Below, in pieces: positions 40,492 to 53,154 of a stretch of 64,000 nucleotides of DNA. The DNA is from Octopus sinensis (Eukaryota), in assembly GCF_006345805.1 (NCBI RefSeq), contig NC_043011.1, positions 7,192,001 to 7,256,000 of the forward strand, given 5' to 3'. The notes under the pieces were generated by a model, which was not told the DNA's origin, made no database searches, and saw only the letters and a list, made by a program, of their open reading frames with translations. Made by a program: the position numbers and the translations under genes. Each line of letters starts with the position of its first letter. Within the stretch, counting starts at the first letter, position 1.

Positions 40492-40737
40492 AATTATTGT
40501 ATACAGTGCTCAGGTGTACCACAACTTGTCAGACAGTGCATATAAAGCACATGCAGTAATGTACAAATGTCTGGAAAGCGAACAATGCATGAGTCAGATA
40601 CATGCTTGTGTGTGTATGGAGGGGAGAAATCAGGTGTAGTGTTGGCGAATCTCAGGAAGCATGGAAGTTTTGAAGGATGCAGTGCTCCGACAACTAACAA
40701 CTGATGCCGGCAGTTTGTTCCATGCTTCAGCAACTCT
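40462..40737 (-). mobile_element. CR1-clade LINE 3' fragment
   Basis: Reverse complement of 240-518, including the (ATT)n tail. Confidence 0.85.
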
Positions 40738-41910
40738 ATGGTAGGTACACGACGCTTCTTGTGCGGGTCGAAAACTTCTCATGGCTTGAACACAAGATCA
40801 AAGAGGAGATCAAAGGACATATTCTACCCATCTCTACCATTATTGCTCAATGTAGTGCATTGGTTACCAAAGAGTAGGCTTTCATGGCCACTGATACCAT
40901 GCTGGACAACAAGCCATATTAAATGTTATATACACACATATCGTTTACTTTTCCATTAAAGTAAGATCAACAAAAACAAAAGTACTCCATCCAGGACAGA
41001 CTATAAAGATACAAGCTGGAGTCATGGGTCTAGGCAGGTTTTTATAACACACCTTGTGTCTCCAAGCAATCTTATATATATTATATATAAACGTGATTGT
41101 GTGGTAAGAAGCTTGCTTCCCAACCACATGGTTCCAGGTTCAGTTCCACTGCATGGCACCTTGGGCAAGTGTCTTCTACTGTAGCTTCAAGCTGACCAAA
41201 ACCTTGTGAGTGGATTTGGTAGACGGAAATTGAAAGAAGCCTGTCGTGTGTGTCTGTGTGTATATGGTGGCACGTAAAAAGCACCATCTGACCGTGGCCG
41301 TTCGCCAGCCTCGTCTGGCACCTGTGTTGGTGGCACATAAAAAGCACCCACTACACTCACAGAGTGGTTGGCGTTAGGAAGGGCATCCAGCTGTAGAAAC
41401 ACTGCCAGATCTGACTGGCCTGGTGCAGCCTTCGGGCTTCCCAGACCCCAGTTGAACCGTCCAACCCATGCTAGCATGGAAAGTGGACGTTAAACGATGA
41501 TGATGATGATGATATATATTATAGGCCATTCTTTGTATTACTTGTCCTTTTTTCCCCTCTTGTTATTTGCATATTAACTCATTTGTTTTCGTATTTCATG
41601 TTGTTTACAGTTGGTGATGTCCTGTACCCATATATGCATACACACACACACACATATATATATTATTTATATTATATGTGTGTGTTTGTGTTTATGTTCC
41701 TGAAACTTAGCAGTTCGGCAAAATGGAGTAATAGAATAAGTACTAGGCTTACAAAGAATAAGTCCTGGGGTCAATTTCTTTTACTAAAGGCAGTGCTCCA
41801 GCATGGCCAGTCAAATGACTGAAACTTGTATATAATATACGTGTGTGTGTGTGTGAATTCTTTTATTCATGACTGCAGCCATGCTGGAGCACTGCCTTGA
41901 AGGGTTTTTA

Positions 41911-42138
41911 GTGAGCTGGCAGAAACGTTAGCACGCCGGGTGAAATGCTTAGCAGTATTTCGTCTGCGTTACGTTGTGAGTTCAAATTTCGCCGAGGTCG
42001 ACTTTGCCTTTCATCCTTTCGGGGTCGATAAATTAAGTACCAGTTACGCACTGGGGTCGATGTAATAGACTTAATACCTATGTCTGTCCTTGTTTGTCCC
42101 CTCTGTGTTTAGCCCCTTGTGGGTAATAAAGAAATAGG
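41911..42138 (+). mobile_element. SINE family B (Nin-type)
   Basis: Same consensus as other B copies. Confidence 0.85.
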
Positions 42139-43989
42139 TATAAACACACATACACACACGGCAGGCTTCTACACAGTTTCTTCCTTCCACACCCAAACAG
42201 AGACCAAAGACTGCTCAGCAACATAAGATGTTATAAGCAAAGAAAGGGAAGATCTACCAAAATTTAAGGGGAACAGAGACTCCCGGTGCTGCTTTGTGAG
42301 ACGCATCTTGGCTGCAGCCATTTGAGTGAGGGCATGGTTGCTGTTGGAGCACCCTATGATCAGGTGTCTGCTTGACCTGGGCGTGCCTTGGGTTAAACAA
42401 CTACAACACAACAAGAACAGTTGTAGTAAAATTAACAATAAAAGGGGACAAAAAAGAAAAACAGAAACTAGAGTCTGATAAAAGCAGTGATAGTCTGCAA
42501 TCACAGTGAATAGACGTATTGTTGGTGGGTGGTGAGGAAGAGGAGAGGTGAAACCTGACATTTCAAACAGAGGCGCCATTCTTTAAACGGGCAAGGATTG
42601 AGTTCAACAGCAAAATTTACTTTCTTTGTGAAACACAGACTTATTTTTATTTTATGAATTTTGTTTATTCTGAAATTCCTGTGTGTAAAGAAAACTCTCA
42701 TATGAGGTGGGTGTAACTATCTCCATTGCTGTTTAGCCCCAGGTCAGGCCTGACAGAGTAAACATATGACGAAATGTGCTAAAGCTGTGTTTGAAATCTA
42801 CTGGATGCTGGACCACGTTTTCCTGATTACATGTTTTCTCCCTTTTATAAGAAGACTGTAGGGTGAGAGTTAAAAGAGACTTAGCTGCTATTTCTGGAAG
42901 TCTGAATCTTCACTGCTACTGGGATCGTTGCTAGGACAAAGTAAAATCTTTATAAATATTGGTTTCAAATTTTGGCACAAGACCACAAATTCAGGGGAGG
43001 CGGGGGGTAAGTCTATTACATCAACCCCCCCAGTGCTCAACTGGTATTTATTTTATCAAGTCCCCCGAAAGGATGAAAGGCAAAGTCGACCCCAGCCGAA
43101 TTTGAACACAGAATATTATGACAGAGACAAATTACCACTTAGCATTTTGCCTGGCATGCCAACCACCCTGCCAGCTTGCCAACCACCCCGTCAGCTTGTC
43201 ACCTTATAAGTCTTTACAAATATTAGAAACATATTCTGAAAACCCAAACTAATATAGACAACTGGATGTGGTGGTGATGATGATGTTGGTGGTGATGATG
43301 ATGGTGGTGGTGGTGGTGGTGGGTGGTGGTGGTGTGGTGGTGGTGGTGGTGGTGGTGGTGGTGACATTAATGACTGGCTTGAAACAGATTTACCCATATA
43401 GAATACATTTGTATATATTTGCAAATGCTTATGGGCTTTTAAGCTTCTGTAAACTTCCTGTTTGCCTACACAGGCTTACATACGTAAGTACATAGTAAGA
43501 TAATCATTTAATGATCATAGCTCATTAATACAATTAGCTGTTTAATTTACAAATCATAGAAGGAGTTAGGGGGCCAGGGTGAATAAGGAAATCAAACAGC
43601 TGGTTAATGAATACTGTTCATAGAATATATTCAAAAATGCTGTTCTTGTTTAGCCCTAGGTCAGCCCCAATCTGACAGGCTTATGATCAAAAAGATTCCA
43701 GCTATGACCATTACCTCTTTTATTCAAGCATAATACATCCCAGCCTACATTATCCTTTTTAAAAAATAAAATGGAAGGAGGTGTAACTTGAGGAAGATTT
43801 GGTTGTTATTTCTAGCAAGTCTACTTAAAAGTCTAATGGGAGTTGACATAATTTCTAGATATATTCCTAGGAGCAGCCGAACTGAAGCTTACAAAACTTT
43901 AGTTTAGCAGCAGTTAATTGGCCAACCATGTGGTGTCTATTTACAATGAGAGAATCTCGGTCAGGGGCTGATTGTGCCACTCAGGAAAA

Positions 43990-44620
43990 CCTCAACTCCG
44001 AAGCATTCAGATTTCGTTAAATGTAATGTTTATTTATTCACAGTGTTTTGAAATAATCATGCATTATCTTGTAGCTTCAAGATTTCAATGGCATACTCTT
44101 TTCTCTTTCTCTCTTACTTGTTTCAGTCATTTGACTGCGGCCATGCTGGAGCACCGCCTTTAGTCGAGCAAATCGACTCCGGGACTTATTCTTTGTAAGC
44201 CCAGTGCTTATTCTATCGGTCTCTTTTGCCGAACCGCTAAGTGACGGGGACGTAAACACACCAGCATCGGTTGTCAAGCAATGCTAGGGGGACAAACACA
44301 AACACATACACACACACACATATATATATATACATATATACGACAGGCTTCTTTCAGTTTCTGTCTACCAAATCCACTCACAAGGCAATGTTCGGCCCGG
44401 GGCTATAGCAGAAGACACTTGCCCAAGATGCCACGCAGTGGGACCGAACCCGGAACCATGTGGCTGGTTAGCAAGCTACTTACCACACAGCCACTCCTGC
44501 TTTTATATTTTTAGAATGACATTGTAGGATAGGTGCGAGAGGTTGGATCTGGTCCGTTTTAACATAAAAAAGATAAAATACTTGGGCCGGATATGGCTAG
44601 ATTAAATGCTAAGAGGTTAA
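43990..44620. mobile_element. piggyBac-like (TTAA) MITE interrupted by SINE A (44095-44500)
   Basis: The two halves match the uninterrupted copy at 62125-62352; right end tgctaagaggttaa. Confidence 0.65.
44095..44500 (-). mobile_element. SINE family A, intact
   Basis: Near-identical to other A copies. Confidence 0.9.
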
Positions 44621-46392
44621 GCAATACTGGTTTGAGCTAAGAAGAGGAGAATAATAAGCCAATTAGCTTACTGGCAACGGGAAGAAAACAATGTTGTCCT
44701 TGAAGTAAGTTAATCTCTTAATACCATGTAAACAACTACAAAGATTGCTTTGCTACAGCTAGACACAAAATAACAGAGGAAACAATATATAGGGGGGGGG
44801 GGTCAAAGTAATAAATCTGAAAGCAAATGATGTAGAAACCCAAACCTTATAATGTTACATTAAAAGGCATAATTTATGTATGTAGACACACATACACACA
44901 TCATTTAACTATTTCAGTGGCCATGCTGGGACACTGAGCTATGGTGACATTTGATGATATTTCTTGTAAATAAATCATCCACAAGCTCTGCACTTTAGAG
45001 ACCCTATGGAATAAAACAGAGGACCCTTACTGGGAAAATAAGTAAGTGTTGGTGATAGGAAGTGCATCAAGCTGTAAAACGCATGCCACGATTTCCTTCA
45101 GTCTAATCTATGAGCAAATGATGGCAGATCAGTTGGCAGATCACGAGATTTTTATGTTCATGGTAGATGCTGGAAGAATCTTGAAGAGGGACAAAAACAA
45201 AGCAAAGTGATTGTGAATGCGGATATGTTTATCAAGGGGCTAATTTTATTTTGAGTATAGTCTCGAACACACTTAAGTATATGGAACAGATGACTCATCA
45301 TAGATGTGTATTGTTGCTTACCATCCACCTTTCTCTCTCTCCTCCAACATCTTCCTTTTCCATAAGGGATACTTCACAACAAAATAGAGTTGTGCACTTA
45401 ACACTAGACAATCAGCTCTCATCATGGCAACACCAGCATCTTCACTTGATCTCATATTACATCTGGCTCCTCTAGAAATGTCATCAAAAACAAGCACTGG
45501 AGTCCTATTTACCCATCTGGGATGTAGCTGTTTTTTCTCTCACAAACACACATCATAGATTCACATTTACCACAAGGATGGAGAAGGGCAGGCCTGCTCT
45601 TGAGGTGAGTGATATGAGGATTGAAATGAGGGCAGACAAATTACAATGTTACACAACCCTTAGATGGCCTTAAAACTTTTGCACAACACTCAGGTGAAGA
45701 AAAGGGAATTATAAGGATACAAACTATTTTAAACTCCTTTAGGCTAGGAGACAGGTAGACAGACAGGCCTGAAGCAGACCTGATGTAAAGATGGCATGTC
45801 ATTGATGAGATCATCAATGGTGATCAAAGGACTTAGACAAATCTAACTGATTGATTAAAACAGTCAAATCAATCAATTAGTGAATTGGTTAAATGTTAGC
45901 AAATTCAATTATGATAATGGTTTCAAATTTTGGCACAAGGCCAGCAATTTCATTCACGTGAGTAAATTGATTGCATCAACTCCAGTACTCATCTGGTACT
46001 GATTTTATCAGCCCTGAAAGGATGAAAGGCAAAGCTGACCTCAGCAGAATTTGAACTCAGAACATAAAAACAGATGAAATGCCACAAAGCATTTTGCCCA
46101 GCATGTTAACAATTCTGCTAGTCTGCCAGCTTAAACTGACTAATAGTAACGAAAAAAGGAAATAGAACCAGTGCATGTGTTTATTATTGGCATAATGATC
46201 CTCCCAAGAGACAGCAAAATCTGTCTCAACACAGATGTTCACATAAAGAATCTTGCAAAGCAAATACAAAAACAAGACAAACTATTTTGTTTTCTCATTA
46301 ATAAAAAGTAGGATGGAATGGGACAGAATATTGGGGTGGAATACGGGTGATGGTATCTTTCAGTCTGTTAAGCGCTGTTCAAAACAAGGCCA

Positions 46393-46555
46393 TTTGAGTA
46401 CACACTAGAATACTGTTCACCCACTTACAATGCAGTTGTCACTGATATAAACAGAAACACCCTAAAGGATCTTTGAATACACACCAGGGTACTGTTCACC
46501 CACCTATGATGTAATTGTTGCTGATACTCACAGGAACACCCTAAAGAAGGCCATT
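46393..46555. repeat. Diverged 79-bp tandem duplication
   Basis: tttga(g/a)tacacac...tactgttcaccca...aacaccctaaag occurs twice. Confidence 0.8.
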
Positions 46556-47182
46556 CTACTGATCAGCAATAATTTGTTAATACATTACAACCTATAGGTA
46601 CAAAGTCTCTTCGGTTTGCTTACTGACGTAAAAACCGACGTTATTTGTTCGAAATTCAGGAGTTAGCTGAAGGGCCACAATTTTCAGGTCAAATCCTGCT
46701 TGGAAGACAGGTTTTAAGTGTGTCACCTCTCTACCATTGATAAGATAGTAGTGGCAATGGAGAAGAACAAATTACTCAAAATCTGAAACCATATTTTGTA
46801 GGTTAGGTTCTGGGTCACAAACTGGCATTAGATTAGCGACACATGTCATAGGTCTGTCTGATAAGAGCTTACACAGCTTATCTATCTAACAATAAAATTC
46901 ATGATCACACTCACTGAAAGGGTTGCACGCACGCACGCACACACACACAGTGAATAAAAATGGGTAGGAAGTAGTATTTTTTCACTGTGTGACATGTGTC
47001 CTATGTATTATTACAGAAACTGGAGTTGCAGAGTATCTTACAATCATTCAACAAGTAAATATTGCACTGATTGCCCTACTGACAGGATAATGGATTGAGA
47101 ATATTTATCAGTATTCCCCATGAATAACCTGCTAGCTAAAAACATGCTCATGTGCTACAGAGTTGATATCACCCACTAATTG

Positions 47183-47221
<39 letters not shown>

Positions 47222-47228
47222 TATATAT

Positions 47229-47520
47229 ATCACCGTGACCGACCAGGCTATCAGATGTTGCTACACATCGCTGGTCACAATGCACTTCGCATTGTTTTAG
47301 CCTTCAAATGACGCCACCCTGCTGGCTAAGCGACCAGGCCAACAGAAGAAAGAGTGAGAGGAAGTTGTGGCGAAAGAGTACAGCAGGGAAGCCTTGCTGG
47401 AGCCTCGTGGAGCTTTAGGTGTTTTCGCTCAATAAACACTCACAATGCCCGGTCTGGGAATCGAAACCGTGATCCTACAACTGTGAGTCCACTGCCCTAA
47501 CCACTGGGCCATTGTGCCTC
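47229..47520 (-). mobile_element. tRNA-derived SINE family G
   Basis: Reverse strand reads gaggcacaatggcccagtggttagg...ggtttcgattcccag (A and B boxes). Confidence 0.8.
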
Positions 47521-49454
47521 ATATATATATGAAGTTGTCCTCCACAACCTCCCCCACAGTTTGTAGTCCTGCAAACTGTATGGCAACCTCAATACTGCAG
47601 GTAGTATGGAAAAAAACATCCAGTACACACTATAAAGAGGTTTGCCAGAAGAAGGGCATCCAACCATAGAAACCACGTGAAAGCAGATTCTGGAGCATGA
47701 TGCAGTCCTTGGACTCCGCAGATCCTGTCAAACTGTTCAACTCATGACAACACGGATGTTAAATGGTGACGTTAACATGGATGTTAAATGATGATGATAT
47801 TGATGTTTTTATGTACACACACACACACACACATGCAATGGGCTCCTTCAGTTTCCGCGTAACTGTTTCAGACCTGTGGTTATCATATAGGAGGTCAGCT
47901 GGTAATGTCCACACAGTGAGATTGGTCCTCTTATCACAATTCCAAAGTGAATTTCGTAACAACACAACCATGCTTACATCTATATTACTTAACTAAAGAA
48001 GCAAACACTTTTTTGCGAATTTTAAAAAATATTTTGATTTTACAATTTAGTCAAAGGAGAACAGAGCAAGCCAATGACGGATTCCAAGACTAGCAGGAGG
48101 AAGGGAGAAGGTGGAAGAGGGGAGTTATCTTCAGATTTGAAACCTGGTCTAAATGCTTGCAATAAATGGATTCTGCTCAAGGTTATCACTGAAGGGCCAG
48201 GTGGTAGTGTGTGTGACCCTTCAACATTCAGAATCTCATGTCTTGAAGAGTTCAATGATGATTATTTTTAGAATGACATTATAAGGTATGTGTGAGAGCC
48301 CAGATCTGGCCAGTTTGGACATAAAACCAGTAAAATATTTATGCCCGATGGGGCCAGTTTAAGAGCTAAAGGGTTAAATGGTAGCAGATTAAATCAGTCC
48401 CATCCCCAGAACAAAAAACGATGCCTCAAATGACCTTTCATACAGTTTCTGTCATCTAATTTTGCCTTTACTTACAAATCTTTGGTTGACCCAAGTCTAC
48501 AGAAGAAGTCACTTGCTCAAAGTCCCACAAGGTGGGTTCACATTTGAAACTTTGCCATAATGTAGCAAATTTCTTTAAACACTGGACAGCCAAAAAGTTA
48601 TGGTAATAATAGAGGTACGTGGTCGAGGAGAGGGTAGCTGCAGGTGTGTGGGGATGAGGGGTACGAAAAATGGATATGGGAGAAAATGTTTAATTGATTG
48701 CTGAAATCAATAACACAACACAATAATGATTAGAGATTATTAAGGAAAGACAAGAAATCAATGCATCAAAGAATGGAAGATTATGTGAAGGAACCAATGA
48801 GATAGATGATGATGATAGGAAATAAAAGACAGGAGGAGGGGTTGAGTGGTGGGGAGAGAAAGCAAAAAAAAAGAAAAAAGAGGAGGAGAATGTGAAAAAG
48901 AAAAAGTGAACAAATGACGATAGAAATAACTGCAGATTCAATCAAAGACGTTTTCAAAGAGTTGTCGCCATAGTAACATATGCCAAGTTAAGAATTGTCT
49001 AATTGAGTTAAGATGGTTACAAATGCCAAGACTAAGAGATTAAATTAAAGATATAGATTAGTGTCTATTGATCATAAATAAGTATATAACATGTAGAGGG
49101 TCGGGGGATGAAGTGGTGTCTCACACACGCACACACCTAGCTTGGAGTACATTGGTAGTTGTAACCAGAAGTAATAAGAGGTTACATATGCAGTCAAGGT
49201 TATCCTTTTGAGACATGATGAAACCAATCATAAAAGCCTCCATGGATACATAACAAAACAATTTATCTCTTGTCTTATATCAATATCCACAAGCATGGCT
49301 GTATGGTTAAGAAGTCTGTTTCACAGCCACAAGGCTTTCGGTTCAGTTCCACTATGCGACACCTCTGGCAGCAATAAATGGACTAAAGGGCAACCAATGC
49401 ATTGGGAGTGAATTTTGGTAGATAGAAACTATGCAGAAACTTGTTATGTGAAAT

Positions 49455-49490
<36 letters not shown>

Positions 49491-49582
49491 TGGTAAAACA
49501 AAAGAAAGAAAGAGACCTCAATATTATGTAAATAGAGGAATTTATCTGTAAATGTAATATGTGACAATTATTCGGTAGCCAA

Positions 49583-49643
49583 GATAAAACTCTGAGTTTC
49601 GGATACCAAGGTGGAAATCCACACCACCATCTCTTCAGTTATC
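49583..49643 (-). ncRNA. Type I hammerhead motif between perfect 31-bp inverted repeats (49544-49574, 49659-49689)
   Basis: gataa CTGAAGA [gat-ggtgg..ccacc-atcc] GAAAC tcaga GT T ttatc; stem I is gataa/ttatc. Confidence 0.6.
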
Positions 49644-49685
49644 CGGCCATTGGAAAAACGAATAATTGTCACATATTACATTTAC

Positions 49686-49739
<54 letters not shown>

Positions 49740-49769
49740 TATATATATATTATATTTATATTATATAGA

Positions 49770-49992
49770 GGGCATTACTATACATAAATGCCACCTTTTT
49801 GATGTAAATAATTTTTTGTCTTAATATGGTCCGATTTGAATATTTTCTTCTACGCAATGAAGAGCAAGCCTTCTTCTATCATACTCTCAATTTTGGTCAG
49901 CTTGCACCGCAGGGTCTCGAAGGAGATAGTATTAGTTGAAGGCTACCAAACCTGCCATACACAGACAACTTCAGCTTTGTATATATAGAGAT
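49770..49992 (-). mobile_element. Non-autonomous Helitron-like 5' end
   Basis: Reverse strand begins tctctatatatacaaagctgaag...gtctgtgt...aaatcggacca, resembling Lep1-type Helitron 5' termini from memory; no 3' CTAG hairpin found. Confidence 0.45.
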
Positions 49993-50322
49993 TTAAACTA
50001 TATACAAATACATATGTGTATATATATACAGAGAGAGAGAGACAAATAACTTTTTTAAATTTTTATATTATTTTAAAAGGCTTTTATGTTTCAAAATTAT
50101 ATAATATTTTGAACTCTTCAATCATTAATATACCTCTGATGAGATAAATGAGGCGTAGGAGTGGCTGTGTGGTAAGTAGCTTGCTTACCAACCACATGGT
50201 TCCGGGTTCAGTCCCACTGCGTAGTACCTTGGGCAAGTGTCTTCTACTATTGCCTTGGGCTGACCAAAGCCTTGGGAGTAGAATTGGTAGACAGAAACTG
50301 AGAGAAGCTCATCGTATATATG

Positions 50323-50380
<58 letters not shown>

Positions 50381-50381
<1 letters not shown>

Positions 50382-52277
50382 TCAAGACAGGATGCCCCTG
50401 GGAGCTCCTCTATGCTGATGACCTTGCTCTAATTGCTGAGTCACTATCAGAACTAGAGAAGTTTCAGGTGTGTAAGCAAGGATTAGAATCGAAGGGCCTT
50501 ACAGTCAACCTAGCTAAAACCAAAGTCCTAATAAGTAGGAAGGTAGACAAATCACAAACACCTTCAGGTAGATGGCCCTGCTCGATCTGTAGAAAAGGTG
50601 TAGGTAGAAACTCTATAAGATGCACCAAGTGTAAGCTATGGACACATAAGAGGTGCAGCAATGTCAAAGGAAGGCTAACTAGGAAAATAGTTTTTGTATG
50701 TGGCAGATGCTCAGGAGCAATAAACACTGAAAATGCGCAGAGACTAACTTCCACCACATTCCAGGGAGAAAAACTAGAAATAGTTGATAGCTTCCGTTAC
50801 CTAGGTGACCAAGTCAGTAGCAGGGGTGGGTGTGCTGAAAGTGTAACTGCTAGAGTAAGAATAGCCTGGGCAAAGTTCAGAGAGCTCTTACCCCTGCTGG
50901 TGACAAAAGGCCTCTCGCTCAGAGTAAAAGGCAGACTGTATGACGCATGTGTACGAACAGCCATGCTACATGATAGTGAAACATGGGCCGTGACTGCTGA
51001 GGATATGCGTAAGCTCGCAAGAAATGAAGCCAGTATGCTCCAATGGATGTGTAATGTCAGTGTTCATACTCGACAGAGTGTAAGTACCTTGAGAGAAAAG
51101 TTGGACCTAAGAAGCATCAGTTGTGGTGTGCAAGAGAGACGTTTGCGCTGGTATGGTCATGTGACGAGAATGGATGAAGATAGTTGTGTGAAAAAGTGCC
51201 ACACCCTAGTGGTTGAGGGAACCTGTAGAAGAGGTAGACCCAGGAAAACCTGGGACGAGGTAGTGAAGTATGACCTTTGAACTTTAGGTGTCACCGAGGA
51301 AATGACTAGAGACCGAGACCTATGGAAGTATGCTGTGCATGAGAAGACCCGGCAGGACAAGTGAGACCATAACCCATGGCTTCTACCTGGGATGTAGCCA
51401 GTCCACTTATGCATACCTTTCTGTCTTGGGACACAAAACTCTACTTGTGAAGACCTGTTGAGGCAAGTGAGAATCAGAATCAAAATCGAAATCGATCAAC
51501 ATCAATGGAAATTGTAGCTGTGATACCAGTACCAGTGGCACATAAGCGAACCATCCGAATATGGCCATTGCCAGCGCCACCCCGATGGGCCTCCGTGCCG
51601 GTGGCACGTAAAAAGCACCATCCGATTGTGGCCGTTGCCAGCCTCGCCTGGCCCCTGTGCCAGTGGCACGTAAAAAGCACCATCCGATCGTGGCCGTTGC
51701 CAGTCTCACCTGGCCCCCGTGCCGGTAACACGTAAAAAGCACCATCCAATTGTGGCCGTTGCCAGCCTCGCCTGGCCCCCGTGCCAGTGACATGTAAAAA
51801 GCACCATCCGATCGTGGCCGTTGCCAGCCACTCCTGGCCCCTGTGCCAGTGGCACGTAAAAAGCACCATCCGATCGTGGCCGTTGCCAACCTTGCCTGGC
51901 CCCCGTGCCAGTGGCACGTAAAAGCACCATCCGATCATGGCCGTTGCCAGCCTCGCCTGGCCCCCATGCCAGTGGCACGTAAAAAGCACCATCCGATCGT
52001 GGCCGCTGCCAGCCTCACCTGGCCCCCGTGCCGGTGGCACGTAAAAAGCACCATCCAACCGTGGCCGTTTGTCAGCCCCGTCTGGCAACTGTGCCGGTGT
52101 CACGTAAAAAGCACCCACTACACTCACGGAGTGGTTGGCGTTAGGAAGGGCATCTAGCCGTAGAAACACTGCCAGATCAGACTGGGCCTGATGCAGTCTT
52201 CTGGCTTCCCAGATCCCAGTTGAACCGTCCAACCCATGCTAGCATGGAAAGCGGGCGCTAAATGATGATGATGATGA
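50381..52277 (+). mobile_element. 5'-truncated RTE LINE: RT C-terminal half (50381-51280), 3' UTR with tandem array, (GAT)n tail
   Basis: FKTGCPWELLYADDLAL...KTKVL...FRYLG...LHDSETW...RRLRWYGHV...GRPRKTW, open to the stop at 51280. Confidence 0.95.
51601..52110 (+). repeat. About 62-bp tandem array (8 units plus partials) in the RTE 3' UTR
   Basis: Unit gtggcacgtaaaaagcaccatccgatcgtggccgttgccagcctcgcctggcccccgtgcca. Confidence 0.95.
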
Positions 52278-52837
52278 TATATATATATATGTATGTGTGT
52301 ATGTGTATATGTTTGTGTGTTTGTGCTTGTCCCCCACCCGCCAGCATCGCTTGACAACCAATGCTGGTGTGTATACGTCCCCGTAACTTAGCGGTTTGGC
52401 GAAAGAGACTGATAGAATAAGTACTAGGCTTACAAAGAATAAGTCCTGGGGTCAATTTGCTCGACTAAAGGCGGTGCTCCAGCATGGCCACAGTCAAATG
52501 ACTGAAACAAGTAAAAGAGTACAGAGTAAAGAGAGTAATTGTTATGAATGGAAAACTCGCTCATTTCAAACCACAATTTTCCGAAACGATTGTAAGAATA
52601 TTTACTCACTAAAGGTTCATCCTAATTCTTCATATACCATGGCTCCTTGGATTCCTACCTTGTCATCGATTCATAAAAATTTGAATGTTTTAATGCAGGT
52701 ACATTTATGTATTGTACACTTTCATGATTTGTATATTTGTACTTGAATTGATATTGTATACGAATGTGCCTATGAGGTGAAGTGTTTTAATTTGATAAAG
52801 GGACCTGATCTTCGAAATTTGTTGCCTATATGTGGAA

Positions 52838-53102
52838 GCACTCCATCGGTTACGACGACGAGGGTTCCGGTTGATCCGAATCAATGGAACAGCCTGCTTT
52901 GAAATTAACGTGTAAGTGGCTGAGCACTCCACAGACACGTGTACCCTTAATGTAGTTCTCGGGGATATTCAGCGTGACACAGAGAGTGACAAGGCCGGCC
53001 CCTTGAAATACAGGTACAACAGAAATAGGAAGTAAGAGTGAGAGAAAGTTGTTGTGAAAGAGTACAGCAGGGATCACCACCATCCCCTGCCGGAGCCTCG
53101 TG
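52838..53102 (-). mobile_element. SINE fragment: G-type body fused to D-type tail
   Basis: Body matches 47340-47410; tail matches 53895-54078. Confidence 0.75.
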
Positions 53103-53107
53103 TTGCC

Positions 53108-53149
<42 letters not shown>

Positions 53150-53154
<5 letters not shown>

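Larger units (their letters stand above)
50148..52520 (+). mobile_element. SINE family A split by an RTE insertion (5' half 50148-50378, 3' half 52278-52520)
   Basis: Both halves match the A consensus and meet at the central (TA)n. Confidence 0.85.

Noticed and set aside
42169-42579. 136-aa minus ORF with a hydrophobic, signal-like stretch as a possible first exon
   Set aside because: Lies downstream of the Cys exon; its 3' part is repeat-derived (matches 38405-38450); only a weak cag|gtcaag donor.
45320-45475. Open minus frame with an ATG|gtaagc donor in phase 2
   Set aside because: Joining to the Cys exon creates TGA; no homology.
51601-52110. CRISPR-like regular array
   Set aside because: No unique spacers; eukaryotic RTE UTR context; no cas genes.
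51407-52232. 160-aa and 250-aa repetitive ORFs
   Set aside because: Antisense translation of the RTE 3'-UTR tandem array.
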